Assembly: GCA_963777605.1 (NCBI GenBank)
Contig: CAVZRV010000029.1
Span: 1 to 64,000 of the forward strand
Source of the DNA: an uncultured Acidobacteriota bacterium
GTDB lineage: Bacteria; Acidobacteriota; UBA6911; RPQK01; JAPXNP01
Length of the DNA stretch: 64,000 bases
Reading direction: 5' to 3'
The notes under the pieces were generated by a model that was given only the letters and a program-made list of their open reading frames with translations, had not been told where the DNA came from and ran no database searches. Position numbers and translations under genes: made by a program. Shown in pieces: positions 1 to 14,722 of this stretch. Positions within the stretch are counted from its first letter, which is position 1, and each line of letters opens with the position of its first letter.

Positions 1-414
1 AAATCAAGATCCATATAAACTTTTTGGTCCTGCGGGCAATAGAACGGTCCCATTGCAGAAGACGCTACCTCCCACAACCTGTACGCACAGAATCGTCAAG
101 AGAACCATTCCAGGTTCCTGGTAATCGAGATTGTTTTCAGCGAAGACCTGGTTCCATACATCTTCTGTGTCGGCAGAACTGTGGCTGCAAAATTTCCTAA
201 TTCTTTTTCTTCGGCAGTTAGTTCCCTTGATTCAGTAATAGTAATTTTGTCTGTTGAAACTGATCCAGTGTTTCAGTTCTCATCGCCTCCCGAAAACAGT
301 TGGTAGCCAGAAAGATCAGATCCAATGATACCTCCTGCCAACTGCAATTTTCCCACCGGTGGAGCCTCTGCGGTCTTCGACATTAGAGCTCTTACGTCTG
401 CCTTTCCATTTCAT
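1..414 (-). CDS. Neutral zinc metallopeptidase, YpfJ/KPN_02809 family (5' part; runs off the window edge; frameshifted)
   Basis: The N-terminus [17 protein letters not shown] is characteristic of this family. Downstream fragments read [12 protein letters not shown] and SAMGPFYCP. Confidence 0.8.
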
Positions 415-519
415 GACTTTCTTTTTTCTAAAAATATGATAAGAACAAGAAATCTGCTGCCAGCGCAGGCTTAACAGCAAATTAAGAAGGCAAGATCCAC
501 TCATTTTGTTCAATTGTGC

Positions 520-1218
520 TTATGAAGGCATGCATCCCAAAGCGGATCTTTGGGAGGTGGAGCAATGATCTCCAGTTTTTCTTTTTTTACGGGATGAATA
601 AAAGATGAGCTTCCGGGCGTGCAGATGAATACTCGCATCTTTATTGCTGCGATCAAATCCATATTTCAGGTCTCCTTTAATTGGGCAGCCAATGGACGAG
701 AGCTGGCTTCTAATCTGGTGATGCCTTCCGGTTTGCAGGTCGATCTCCAGCAGATAATAATTGTTGAGCTGTTTAAGCAACCGGTACTCTAAAATGGCTT
801 TTTTGGAATCCGGTACTTCTTTAATATGCGCGTAAGACTTGTTCTGTTTTTGATTCCGTTTCATGAAGTGCACAGAGTGTCCTGCTGTTTTGGCGGAGCA
901 TTTTTCACAATGGCCCAATAGGTCTTTTTAGCATCTTTTTCTTTGAACAGCTTGTTGAGCCGCGGCAGTGCTTTTGAGGTTTTTGCGAAAACCACAATGC
1001 CGCTGGTAGGCCTGTCAAGCCGATGCACCACTCCAGATAAACATTTCCCGGCTTGTTGTATTTGATCTTGATATATTCTTTTACCACTTCGCTAAAGGCA
1101 TATCGCCGGTCTTATCGCCCTGCACAATATCGCCGGGGCGTTTGTTCACGATGATAAGGTGGTTGTCCTCGTGGAGCACCTGCAGGTTCTGCGGAGTGGA
1201 AAGAATATTATCTGCCAA
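520..1218 (-). CDS. RluA-family RNA pseudouridine synthase (frameshifted)
   Basis: Fragments across frames read LHEDNHLIIVNKRPG, HRLDRPTSG (catalytic Asp), LQTGRHHQIR and GCPIKGDLKYG. Confidence 0.88.
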
Positions 1219-1342
1219 AAATGGGATTTTTAAGAGGTTTTTGTGGAGTAGCCAATGAATGGATTATTTTCTACTTCCAGAGATCCAAGAACTTTTAGAA
1301 GGTCATTTCTGGAGTCGTCTATCAATAAGTTCGGTGTTGATG

Positions 1343-1669
1343 CTAAGCTTTTCTTCGGAAGTAAAAAGTTTGATCTTTCCCGGAAAAGACTGAATTCTTA
1401 ATGATCTTGTCAAGCTGAAGGGATTTTCTTCTCAGCTTGTTCTTTGTCAGAACCCCATCATTCAATACTGAGATACTGAAATTTTCGCTCATAGAAGTAA
1501 CTAGCCACCACAAATAACCCAAAAAATAGCTGAGATAATAGATCGCAAGAAATTCAGCTGTTCCTTCATACAACTTGCAGAGACCCCAAATGGCAAACAT
1601 GCCTCCCAAAAGCACCATTGAAAAAAATCGCTTTTTTGAATACCTGATCTTCATATATGAAAATTTCAA
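1343..1669 (-). CDS. Hypothetical small membrane protein (3' end probably frameshifted)
   Basis: 108-aa ORF with two hydrophobic segments, co-oriented between panB and the RluA gene. Confidence 0.5.
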   Translation of the reverse strand: MKFSYMKIRYSKKRFFSMVLLGGMFAIWGLCKLYEGTAEFLAIYYLSYFLGYLWWLVTSMSENFSISVLNDGVLTKNKLRRKSLQLDKIIKNSVFSGKDQTFYFRRKA

Positions 1670-1711
1670 ACTTTAAATTCCAAATTCCAAACTTTATAAC
1701 TCATAACTGAA

Positions 1712-2531
1712 TCAATACTGTTCTTCGTCTGAAGGGAAATTCTTGCTCTTCACATCATCTCTGTAGTTCTCAAAGGCTTTTGTCATTTCAGAATAGAGGT
1801 CAAGATATCTTCTAAAGAAACGCGGATTGAACTCATGGGTCATTCCGATCATATCATGAACTACCAAAACCTGCCCGTCAACTCCATTTCCGGCACCAAT
1901 TCCAATAACAGGAATGGTAAGGCTTGCTGCAACTACTTTAGCCAGTTTGGCAGGTACTTTTTCAAGTACAATGGCAAAACAACCTGCTTTTTCAAGCATT
2001 AGCGCATCGGTCTTCAATTTTTCTGCTTCAGCTTCTTCCTTGGCTCGAACGGTATAAGTTCCGAATTTATAGATGGACTGCGGAGTAAATCCGAGATGGC
2101 CCATCACAGGAATTCCGGCGTTCAAAATACGTTTTACAGAATCTTTAATTTCTTTTCCACCTTCCAGTTTTACAGCATGTCCGCCGCTTTCTTTCATGAT
2201 CCTGATAGCTGAACGCAAGGCTTCTTTTGGGTCACTCTGGTAACTTCCGAAGGGAAGATCCACGACCACAAGAGCGCTGATCAACTGCTCTCACAACACT
2301 GGCCGCATGATAGATCATCTGGTCAAGCGTAATGGGAAGAGTAGTTTCGTGACCGGCCATTACATTACTGGCAGAATCTCCCACAAGAATAACGTCAATG
2401 CCCGCCCCGTCAATGATCTTTGCCATAGAATAATCATAGGCAGTAAGCATGGAGATCTTTTCTCCCTGGGATTTCATCTCCACAAGGGATTTGGTGGTGA
2501 TCTTCTTAAATTGTTTTTTAGCAACTGACAT
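1712..2531 (-). CDS. panB: 3-methyl-2-oxobutanoate hydroxymethyltransferase (one frameshift near 2280)
   Basis: Motifs [33 protein letters not shown] and IGIGAG..DGQVLV are split over ORFs 2232-2531 and 1712-2284. Confidence 0.95.
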
Positions 2532-2597
2532 AGGTTGAGATTTTAAAATTCAGGTAAAAGTACTAAATTCGGTTCCTACATTCAAAACCATTCAAAA

Positions 2598-3082
2598 ATG
2601 ATAAAAAGCTGCCGCTTTTCTGCTTTTTGCCTTTTTGGATCAACATCTAGTGAGCTGCGCAGGAGGCTTCGGAAGAAGCGGAAGTTAAAGAATGCATTGA
2701 TACTTTTTTTGAAGGTTTTCACGCCCGGGATTCCATCGTGATGAAATCTGTTTTAAGGACGATGTTGTTGTACAAACCATTGGCAAAGACAAAGACAGGA
2801 GAAATTGTTCTTAATCCAGGAGGAAATTGCATAAAATGCTGAAAGGAATAGTGGGAATTCCGTTGAAAACTACTTTTAAAGAAGAACTTCATTCTTACGA
2901 AATAAAGATAGACGGTGCCAATGGCACAAGCCTGGACGCCATATTCCTTTTACGTGAATGATGAATTTAGCCATTGCGGGGTAGATAGTTTTCAGCTGTT
3001 CAAAGACAATGGAAAATGGAAGATCATTTACCTGATTGACACCAGAAGAAAAGAAGGATGCGATGAAAAGAAGTTGAAGTAG
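2598..3082 (+). CDS. Secreted NTF2-like/lumazine-binding family protein (multiple frameshifts; absent from the ORF track)
   Basis: Manual translation gives IDTFFEGFHARDS and MAQAWTPYSFYVNDEFSHCGVDSFQLFKDNGKWKIIYLIDTRRKEGC, typical of Bacteroidota NTF2-like proteins. Confidence 0.75.
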
Positions 3083-3139
3083 TGATCACCTACCATCCCG
3101 TCCTACTATCGTATTTCAGAACGATTCCAAGTAGCGACA

Positions 3140-3440
3140 GACCACCCCGTCAGACTATCGTCTGCCACCCTTCCTTGAAAAAAGGAGGGGAGTTTTAAGG
3201 TGATAAAAAATAATTTCCTCCTTCGTCGGATACCTCTCATTATTGAGGAGGGGAATTTATTGAGGTTTGCAACTCGTTTCGGACTAGGTCTTGAATCCTA
3301 TTTAAAATGTCAAATCAACGTGGGGGATACCTTTTTATAATGGGTTGGTATATCGTGTCAAAAAAAAATTTTCCTTTTCTACTTGAATTGATGTTCCCCT
3401 CCTTTTCCAGAGGAGGGGTGCCCGCAGGGCAGGGGTGGTC
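3140..3440. repeat. Cluster of short palindromic REP-like elements in inverted arrangement
   Basis: GACCACCCC...CACCCTTCCTTGAAAAAAGGAGGGGAG at 3140-3193, a degenerate copy at ~3225-3256, and an inverted copy TTCCCCTCCTTTTCCAGAGGAGGGGTG...GGGGTGGTC at 3394-3440. Confidence 0.65.
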
Positions 3441-3479
3441 CGAATCTCAAATTTCAGATGTAATATCTCACATCTAGAC

Positions 3480-7057
<3,578 letters not shown>

Positions 7058-7174
7058 GCAGAGAACAGGTTTTGTAAAGCAAAACCTTGTGAATGGCTTA
7101 TCCCGACGTTAGGAGGGATCTAAACCCCCACCGACCTCACTTAAAAGAAGGAGAGGGTTTAGGGTATAAAAGTG

Positions 7175-7207
7175 AAAGCGCAACCCATTTGGGTTGCGTT
7201 TTTTTTT
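7175..7207 (+). terminator. Rho-independent terminator after dnaK
   Basis: Stem-loop GCGCAACCC-ATTT-GGGTTGCGT followed by a T tract. Confidence 0.85.
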
Positions 7208-7315
7208 GTTACAAATAACTTTATTCATTCTTTTTCACCTTTTTTCATTTGAGAGGCAGGAATATTCTTCATTTTATTTTTATATTCAGCTTCTTAATTT
7301 TTTAACAAACAAATT

Positions 7316-8965
7316 ATGAATAAAATTACCTGGACATTTTTGTTCTTGTTGTTCGTCCTGCCGCATTTGCATGCACAGGATATTGATTTGGCCCCTGTAA
7401 CGGGTACGGTGGCAATAACCAATGTTAATATTGTTCCTTCACCCGGAAAAATGATCACAAAGGGGACTGTATTAATTAAAGATGGAGTAATAGCCAATGT
7501 AGGTGCGAGTGTAAACGTACCGGTTGGTGCACGGATCATTAAGGCAGATAGCATGTATCTTTACCCCGGATTTATTTTAGGAATGTCTCATGTAGGTATC
7601 AAAATGCCTGAGAGCAAAAATCGTCCTGAAGTAAAAGATCCTGGTAATCCTCCTAATGATCTGGCAGGAATCACACCAGATAGAAAGATAGATCAATATC
7701 TGGATCCTTCTGATAAGTCTATAGACGACTGGAGAATGGCAGGCTTTACAATGGCACAAACAGCCCCTTCTGGAGGCATGTTACCTGGTACTGCCGGTGT
7801 TGTGCTGCTTAACGGCAAAACTGTAGGAGAGTTGGTATTACTCCCGGAGACTGCCTTTTTTGCAACTTTTGAAGGAGCAAGAAGAATGTATCCTTCGAAT
7901 ATCCTGGGAGTAATGGCAAAGCACCGAGAACTATACCGCCAGGCAGAACAGGCCAAAAAGTTTAGGGAACTTTACTTAACAGATCCCGCGGGGAGAGAAA
8001 GACCTGGATACAACAGTACCCTACAGGCTTATTTTCCTGTTCTTGAGAAAAAGATACCTGTTGCCTTTAATGCAAAAGAGGTTTTAGCAGCACAGCGCGC
8101 CATGCTACTACAAAAAGATCTTGGTTTTGATCTTGTGATTTCAGACCTCAAAGAAGGATGGGATTTGATAGGAGATGTTAAAGCTGCGAAGGCTAAAGTT
8201 CTTTTTAGCTTAGATATGCCGGAATGGAAAGAGGAGAAAAAGGATTCTGCTAAAACAGAGACAAAGTCTCAGGAGAAGCAAAGATTAGAAGCCCGTAAAG
8301 AGGAATTCACAAAAAAATATTACGAACAACTTGGTCAGTATGCAAAAGCCGGAATCCCTTTCGGGTTCTCTGGTGTTGATGTTAAACCAGCAGATGTTCA
8401 AAAGGTGCTGCAGAAAGCGGTAGAGGCAGGTTTATCTCAAGATGCAGCACTTGCGGCACTTACGACTACCCCGGCTTCTATGCTTGGTGTCACCAAATTG
8501 GCAGGAACGGTTGAAAATGGTAAAATGGCAAATCTTTTAATTTCTTCGAAACCATATTTTGAAAAAGATTCTAAGGTGAGGTTTGTTATGGTTGAAGGTA
8601 AATTGTTTGAGTATGAGGACAAGCCCGCAAAGAAGGCAGACCCCAAGAAAGCAGAAGAAATTGCCGGTACCTGGACTTACAAACTTCAGTCTCCCGAAGG
8701 TCCTGTAACCGGAACATTAGAATTAAAGAACCAGGAAGGAACCCTTTCAGGTACTATTTCTAACACGATGACCAATGAGGAAACTGCTATTCGGGAAGTT
8801 GTCTTAACTGAAAACAAGTTATCATTCAATTTTGATATAACCATTCAGGGTCAAAGAATGAACATCCTGGCAGTGTTAACTATTAATGATGATAATTTAA
8901 GCGGAACTTTTAGCGCCGAGGGCGAGGAATACGCCGTTACAGGAACAAAAAGTCCTTCTAAATAA
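7316..8965 (+). CDS. Secreted amidohydrolase-fold protein with degenerate metal site and an extra C-terminal beta domain
   Basis: Signal peptide; GTVLIKDGVI; YPGFILGMSH where PGxIDxHxH is expected; ALTTTPASMLG...GTVENGKMANL; C-terminal IAGTWTY...GTLSGT module. Confidence 0.8.
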   Translation: MNKITWTFLFLLFVLPHLHAQDIDLAPVTGTVAITNVNIVPSPGKMITKGTVLIKDGVIANVGASVNVPVGARIIKADSMYLYPGFILGMSHVGIKMPESKNRPEVKDPGNPPNDLAGITPDRKIDQYLDPSDKSIDDWRMAGFTMAQTAPSGGMLPGTAGVVLLNGKTVGELVLLPETAFFATFEGARRMYPSNILGVMAKHRELYRQAEQAKKFRELYLTDPAGRERPGYNSTLQAYFPVLEKKIPVAFNAKEVLAAQRAMLLQKDLGFDLVISDLKEGWDLIGDVKAAKAKVLFSLDMPEWKEEKKDSAKTETKSQEKQRLEARKEEFTKKYYEQLGQYAKAGIPFGFSGVDVKPADVQKVLQKAVEAGLSQDAALAALTTTPASMLGVTKLAGTVENGKMANLLISSKPYFEKDSKVRFVMVEGKLFEYEDKPAKKADPKKAEEIAGTWTYKLQSPEGPVTGTLELKNQEGTLSGTISNTMTNEETAIREVVLTENKLSFNFDITIQGQRMNILAVLTINDDNLSGTFSAEGEEYAVTGTKSPSK

Positions 8966-9001
8966 TCCCTGGGCAAAAATCTTAAAATCTAAAAACACAT
9001 A

Positions 9002-10379
9002 ATGAAAAAGCAATTTTCACTTTTTATAATGATCAGCTTCCTTCTTCTGGGCAGCATTTTAACTGCGCAGGTGAAAAAAGGGGATGTTCTTATCAAGAAT
9101 GGTACAGTGCTCACCATTACCGACGGAACTAAAGAAAACACAGATGTGCTCATCAGGAATGGAAAAATTTCTGCCATTGGGCAAGGTCTTAATGCACCTT
9201 CAGGAGCAACAGTCGTAGATGCCTCGGGTAAATATGTAATGCCGGGAATCATTGACGCGCACTCTCATATAGCACTCGATGCAGTTAATGAAGCTACGAG
9301 TCCGGTAACTGCTGAGGTTTGGACCGGAGATGCTCTTAATCCAACAGACGTCTCGATATATAGAGCTCTTGCAGGTGGAGTGACAATTTCTCATGCTTTG
9401 CATGGTTCGGCCAACGCTATTGGTGGACAAAGCGAAACCATCAAACATCGTTGGGGAACAGTCAAGATGGAAGACATCAGAATGGAAGGTGCTCCAAGGA
9501 CGATTAAATTTGCCCTGGGAGAAAATCCTACCAGAGTACACGGAGAAGGCAGCGGATTGGTTCCCCGTACAAGAATGGGTGTGGAACAGGTCTTCAGACG
9601 TTCTTTTTCTGAAGCAAAAGAATATATGGAAGCATGGGATGAGTACAACCAGAATAAAAACAAAAGAGGATATAAAGGAGCTCCTCCTGTTTATGACCTT
9701 CGCAAAGAAGTCATAGCTGACATTTTGCGAGGTAACATCATTGTTCACTGTCACTCCTACCGCGCAGATGAGATCCTTATGCTTATCGATGTTTTTAAAG
9801 ACTACGGAATCAAAAAGCTGGTCTTTCAACATGCAAACGAAGCTTTCAAAGTAGCTCCTGAAATTGCTGAATTCGGTGCGATGGCGTTGGTTTTTGCTGA
9901 CTGGTGGGCTTACAAATTTGAGGTTTATTATTCTTACTGCTTATAATGCCGCGATCCTAACCCAGAATGGGGTCACAACTTCAATCAATTCTGATAGTGG
10001 AGAATTGATCAGGCACCTTTATCATGAAGCAGCCAAAACTCAGAAATATGGGAAGCTTACAGATCAACAGGCTCTTGAGTTGATTACAATTAATCCGGCG
10101 AAACAATTAGGTATTGAAAATAGAGTTGGTTCGCTTGAGGTTGGCAAAGACGGGGACGTGGTCATTTTTGAAAATCATCCGCTTTCTGTTTATGCAGTAC
10201 CGCAAATGACTTTTGTTGACGGTGTAAAGTACTTCGATATTAAAGAAGATAAAGATGATGTAAGAATTTACGTTAATCCTTCGGAAGAAATTGATGTCAC
10301 CAGAGAAATGACAGAGCAGGAAAAAATGTATGGCGAACACAGAATGGTTGTTCCTAAACACACAAAACTAGTACAATGA
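9002..10379 (+). CDS. Secreted metal-dependent amidohydrolase with intact ligands (frameshift near 9935)
   Basis: Signal peptide; MPGIIDAHSH, KFALGENP, HCHSYR, FQHANE, SINSD and GSLEVGKDGD. Confidence 0.88.
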
Positions 10380-11687
10380 AAAAAACAATATTTACTCTCA
10401 TACTGGCAGTATTGAACCTTGGATTTTTGCAGGCGCAAAGTCCGAAAGCTGAATACGGCAATTATGCCCTTACTAACGCTACCGTTCATACCATTACAAA
10501 GGGAACACTTGAGAACGCCACGGTTCTTATTAAAGACGGAAAAATATCTGCGGTAGGAAAAGATGTTTCTTATGGGCAGGATTTTACGGTGATTGATGCA
10601 TCAGGGAAACATATCTTTCCAGGAATGATAGATGGTGGTACGCATTTAGGACTATCAGAAGTTGGTTCTGTAAGCCTAACACAAGATTTCAATGAAGTAG
10701 GTGAAGTAATTCCTCAAATGGAAGCCTTGACTGCAGTGAATCCTAATTCTGCGCTTATCCCCGTAACGCGGGTAAGCGGTGTGACAACTGTTCTTGCATC
10801 TCCTTCAGGAGGATTATTTCCGGGAACAGCAGCTTTAATAAACCTTCACGGTTATACACCTCAACAAATGTATACTGATTTTTCAGCTCCTGTTATGAAC
10901 TTTCCAGCTAGCGGAAAAAGAGGCTGGTGGGACAGGCGGTCTGATGAAGAGATCAAAAAAGCTTCAGAGAAAGCTATGAAAGATCTTAATGAAGTTTGGC
11001 AAAAAGTAGAAACAGTATCACAGAATTGACAGTGCAAAAGCAGCAGGTTCTACTTCTGTGGAACTAGGATATTACCCAGAGATGAAAGCCCTTCTCCCGG
11101 TTTACAGAAGGGAAGTGCCGCTTCTTATTGAGGTTAATAAGGCCAATGATATAAAAAAGGCGATTGAATGGGTGCAGAAAAAAAATATCAAAGCAGTTTT
11201 CACAGGCGTTAGTGATGGATTTCGTGTAGCAGATGAGCTTGCCAAAGCCAATATTCCTGTAATTGTGGGTCCCACTTTGAGTACACCTTCACAGGATTAT
11301 GACCGCTTTGATAAGCCTTATGCGAACCCCGGAATTCTCAAAAAAGCCGGTGTGAAAGTCGCTATTCGCACAATGGATACAGAAAATGTTCGGAACCTTC
11401 CGTACAATGCCGGCTTTGCTGCTGCATATGGAATGTCAAAAGAAGATGCATTAAAAGCTATCACTATTGTTCCCGCGGAGCTATTCCAGGTTGCAGATCA
11501 ATTAGGTTCTATTGAAGTTGGAAAGCAGGCTACCCTATTTATTTCTACCGGTGATCCTTTTGAAACCTCCACTAATGTAGAAGAAGTCTTCATTAGGGGA
11601 TGGAAAATTCCTATGGTTAGCCGTCATACGCAGTTGTATGAAGAGTTCCTTCACAGGAGCCCAGGGTTCCAGGCGAATCAAAAATAG
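10376..11687 (+). CDS. Secreted amidohydrolase-fold protein with degenerate metal site (frameshift near 11015)
   Basis: ATGA overlap with the previous gene; signal peptide; FPGMIDGGTH in place of HxH; GSIEVGKQATL. Confidence 0.82.
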
Positions 11688-11705
11688 ACCTCTCAAAAAG
11701 GCCAC

Positions 11706-11737
11706 AAAACAGCTCCGATCCTCGGGGCTGTTTTTTT
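11706..11737. terminator. Bidirectional Rho-independent terminator
   Basis: AAAACAGCTCCGA-TCC-TCGGGGCTGTTTTTTT lies between convergent genes. Confidence 0.8.
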
Positions 11738-13007
11738 ATAAAACAAAATGATAATAAAGATAAACGAGATTGAAGCCTATTAGTAATGCAAAACAAAAAA
11801 GACTGAAGATCTTATAAATCTTTCCCGGACGGCTTTCTGCCGGCATTTGGTCTCCGGTTACAAGTTTGTAATTGAACCAGGCAAGAAAAGGAGCAGACAA
11901 AAATGAGAGTCCGGTGGCAAAATCGATTAGGTGGATAAAAGATCCCGACAAGAAATACAGAATGCCCAGTGAAAGAATAGGAACAATAAAGATCCAGATT
12001 GTGTAGGTTTTCCACTTAAGCTTTATGTCTTCCGGTTTATCCTGGTTAGACTGTTTTAGTTCAGAAATAACACGTGGATAGGCATCGGTCACTGTTAGAA
12101 CAGTACTAAACATGGTCACAAAAGCGGCTATAGAAATCAAAGGTTTACTCCATGCTCCCAAAGTCTTTCCGTAAAGGTCAACAAGTTGAGAAGAAAATTC
12201 TACACTGTTAGCCGAAAAGGAAACACCGCTGCCAAACATTACGAGCACACCCAGTAAAAAGAAAAGCAAGCCAATAACCGAGGCTCCAATGTAGCCCACA
12301 TTAAAATCTACAAACGCGGCTTTAACCGAGAGTGCCTGTTTACTGAAGGTTGCTTTTTCTTTAGTCCAGATGGAATGCCAAACAGCAGCATCAAGAGGAA
12401 TAGGCATCCAGCCCATAAACGAGATCATAAAGCCAATACTAACCGTAGTCCAGAGTGACGGAGATTCTGTGGTTATTGTCTTTTCTACAGTCCCGGCACC
12501 AAATGCCATAAAAACTGCAAACAGCGTCGCCAGGGCCAGAAAAGTCACAATAATTCTCATGCTTTTATCTAATCCCGGGTATTTCCCAATTAATAAAACC
12601 GCAATACATAAAGCAAGAATGATCAGGCTCCACACAAATGGGCTCCAACCAGTTTGAAATAACCTTTCAGCCAATCCTGCAGTGACAATAGTAACGGCTG
12701 CCTGTATAATAAACATGCTTCCTATGGTGATCGCAACATACGTCCAGTACGAGAATCGCCCAAGGCTTCTATAACCGGTTATGAGATTGTTGCCGGTGCC
12801 GGCAGCATAGCGCGGCCCGAATTCCAGGAATGGATATTTCGAGACGCATGCGAGAACAAGTACCCAAATAAGGATAAAACCGTAATCTGCACCGGCACGC
12901 GTAGCCTGTACTAAATGCGAAACTCCTATTGCTGCACCTGCTAAAAGAAAGCCGGGACCAATACTTTTAAGTACTGAAACCTTTTTTGGGAGAACTTTTT
13001 CAACCAT
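11736..13007 (-). CDS. NRAMP-like divalent metal cation transporter
   Basis: About 11 hydrophobic segments; IGPGFLLAGAAIGVSHLVQATRAGADYG, KYPFLEFGPRY and GWMPIPLD motifs of the Nramp-related family. Confidence 0.8.
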   Translation of the reverse strand: MVEKVLPKKVSVLKSIGPGFLLAGAAIGVSHLVQATRAGADYGFILIWVLVLACVSKYPFLEFGPRYAAGTGNNLITGYRSLGRFSYWTYVAITIGSMFIIQAAVTIVTAGLAERLFQTGWSPFVWSLIILALCIAVLLIGKYPGLDKSMRIIVTFLALATLFAVFMAFGAGTVEKTITTESPSLWTTVSIGFMISFMGWMPIPLDAAVWHSIWTKEKATFSKQALSVKAAFVDFNVGYIGASVIGLLFFLLGVLVMFGSGVSFSANSVEFSSQLVDLYGKTLGAWSKPLISIAAFVTMFSTVLTVTDAYPRVISELKQSNQDKPEDIKLKWKTYTIWIFIVPILSLGILYFLSGSFIHLIDFATGLSFLSAPFLAWFNYKLVTGDQMPAESRPGKIYKIFSLFCFALLIGFNLVYLYYHFVL

Positions 13008-13051
13008 GTGAGAGACTATTACTTTATCATCAAAATACGAAATGTTATAAA

Positions 13052-13686
13052 TTATGTGAATTTCGAGATCACTTCTTTATTTACCTCATGTCCGCCGTCA
13101 AAAGCGATAATCTCCAGGTTCTTCGGAAATAATTCCTTGATCCTTTTATCTTCAATTTTCAGGAATTCTTCGTTGACAAAAGGATCTTCTTTACCGTACA
13201 CAAAATTGATCTCTGTACCTTCCAAAAATGTGAAATCTGAAGCTTGTAATTCCTGCGGGAGTCTGCCGGAATGAAGAACCAATCTTGAGCATTCAATTTT
13301 CCTTCTTGCCACCCACCTCGAAACTATTGAAACTCCCTGGAATATCCAAAAAGAATAAGATTTTTGGCATTTTTGAGATCTTCTTTTTTATAAACTTCAT
13401 CAAGATAGGCAAGAACATTTTCCATTTCCTGTTCTGTGTTCTCTCTTGTAGCCCAGGAAGCACCAACATGTTCGTATTTCCCGTTGAGGTAGTACTTAGA
13501 AGGTGCCTGTGGCGCGATAATGTAGTTTTCCTTCTGGTTCAAGTGCCGGAAATACTTCAGAAAGTACCTGCTTAGGTAACCAATACCGTGGAAAACAACC
13601 CAAACATTTTTTGTCTCTGGTGTATTTTCATTGAGCGTACTGTAGGTATTGGTTGATCTGTAAGAAACCTGCTTTTCGTTCATCAT
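13052..13686 (-). CDS. Alpha/beta hydrolase (phospholipase/carboxylesterase; frameshift near 13335)
   Basis: VFHGIGYL, APQAPSKYY, GYS(QG) nucleophile elbow at the frameshift, YGKEDPF and FDGGHE. Confidence 0.82.
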
Positions 13687-13731
13687 TCTCTGGTGGTTTT
13701 GTACTTTTACAAAGAAACCAATCTATTTGCT

Positions 13732-14154
13732 ATGACCAAAGAGGAAATCCTGGAGCTCTCAAAAAAAGTTTCTAAAAACACCCTTATGGAAACTCTTGAT
13801 ATTGAGTTCATTGAAGTTGGGGAGGATTACCTGGTAGCCAGGATGCCTGTTACTTCAAAAGTGCATCAGCCAGATGGTGTGCTTCACGGGGGCGCCACGG
13901 TTGCACTGGCCGAAAGTGTTGGCAGCTTTGCCAGTTACGTTTTTTTGGACACTAATGATTTTTTCGTCCGAGGCATTGAGATTTCTGCCAATCATATCAA
14001 GAGTATTTCTGAAGGATTTGTTTTCGCCAAGGCGACTTATCTCCATAAAGGCCGCACCACACAACTTTGGAACATCAGGATCACAGATGAGCAGGACATC
14101 CTAATCTCTGTTGTGAAACTGACCACTATTACCTTACCTAAAAACAAAAATTAA
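13732..14154 (+). CDS. PaaI/hotdog thioesterase (likely DHNA-CoA hydrolase, MenI-like)
   Basis: HQPDGVLHGGATVALAES motif; lies directly upstream of isochorismate synthase. Confidence 0.85.
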   Translation: MTKEEILELSKKVSKNTLMETLDIEFIEVGEDYLVARMPVTSKVHQPDGVLHGGATVALAESVGSFASYVFLDTNDFFVRGIEISANHIKSISEGFVFAKATYLHKGRTTQLWNIRITDEQDILISVVKLTTITLPKNKN

Positions 14155-14722
14155 TGGCTGAAATGCCCTTTTTGGAACCTCTGCGGAAGCATCTTTCAGA
14201 AAACCTGCCATTCGTTGCCTATAGGAAACCTGATGAAACTGTAATTTCTGCTTTTTTGCAGGAATCTGAAGAATTACACCTCGTCAAAGATTTTTCTGAA
14301 AGCGGATTTGCGTTCGCGCCCTTTGATGATAAAAACCCTGCGGTTTTTATTCCTGAGAAGGGTTCCAAAAATGTCATTTTTGAAGGGTATTCTGCGGAGG
14401 CTGTCCATTCCGCAGGAATATCTTCTGAAGTATCTTTACAACAGAAAGAAGATCATCTTGCGCTCGTGGAAAAAGCACTTCAAAAACTTCAGACAGGAGA
14501 GCTGCAAAAAGTTGTGCTTTCGCGAAAAGAAGCAGTAGAGCTGCATGGGAAACAGCCCTTAGCACTTTTTCAGGAGCTATTGGCCTCTTATTCCACGGCC
14601 TTTGTTTACATTTTTTTTCATCCAAAAATGGGACTCTGGCTCGGTGCAACTCCCGAGACGCTGCTAAAAACAGAAGGAAAGAAATTTAAAACAATGGCTC
14701 TTGCCGGAACCCAAAAATATAC
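14154..14722 (+). CDS. menF: Isochorismate synthase, 3'-truncated at the segment junction
   Basis: LPFVAYRKP, LQKVVLSRKE, WLGATPETLL and TMALAGTQ are present. The C-terminal half of the chorismate-binding domain is missing. Confidence 0.8.
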
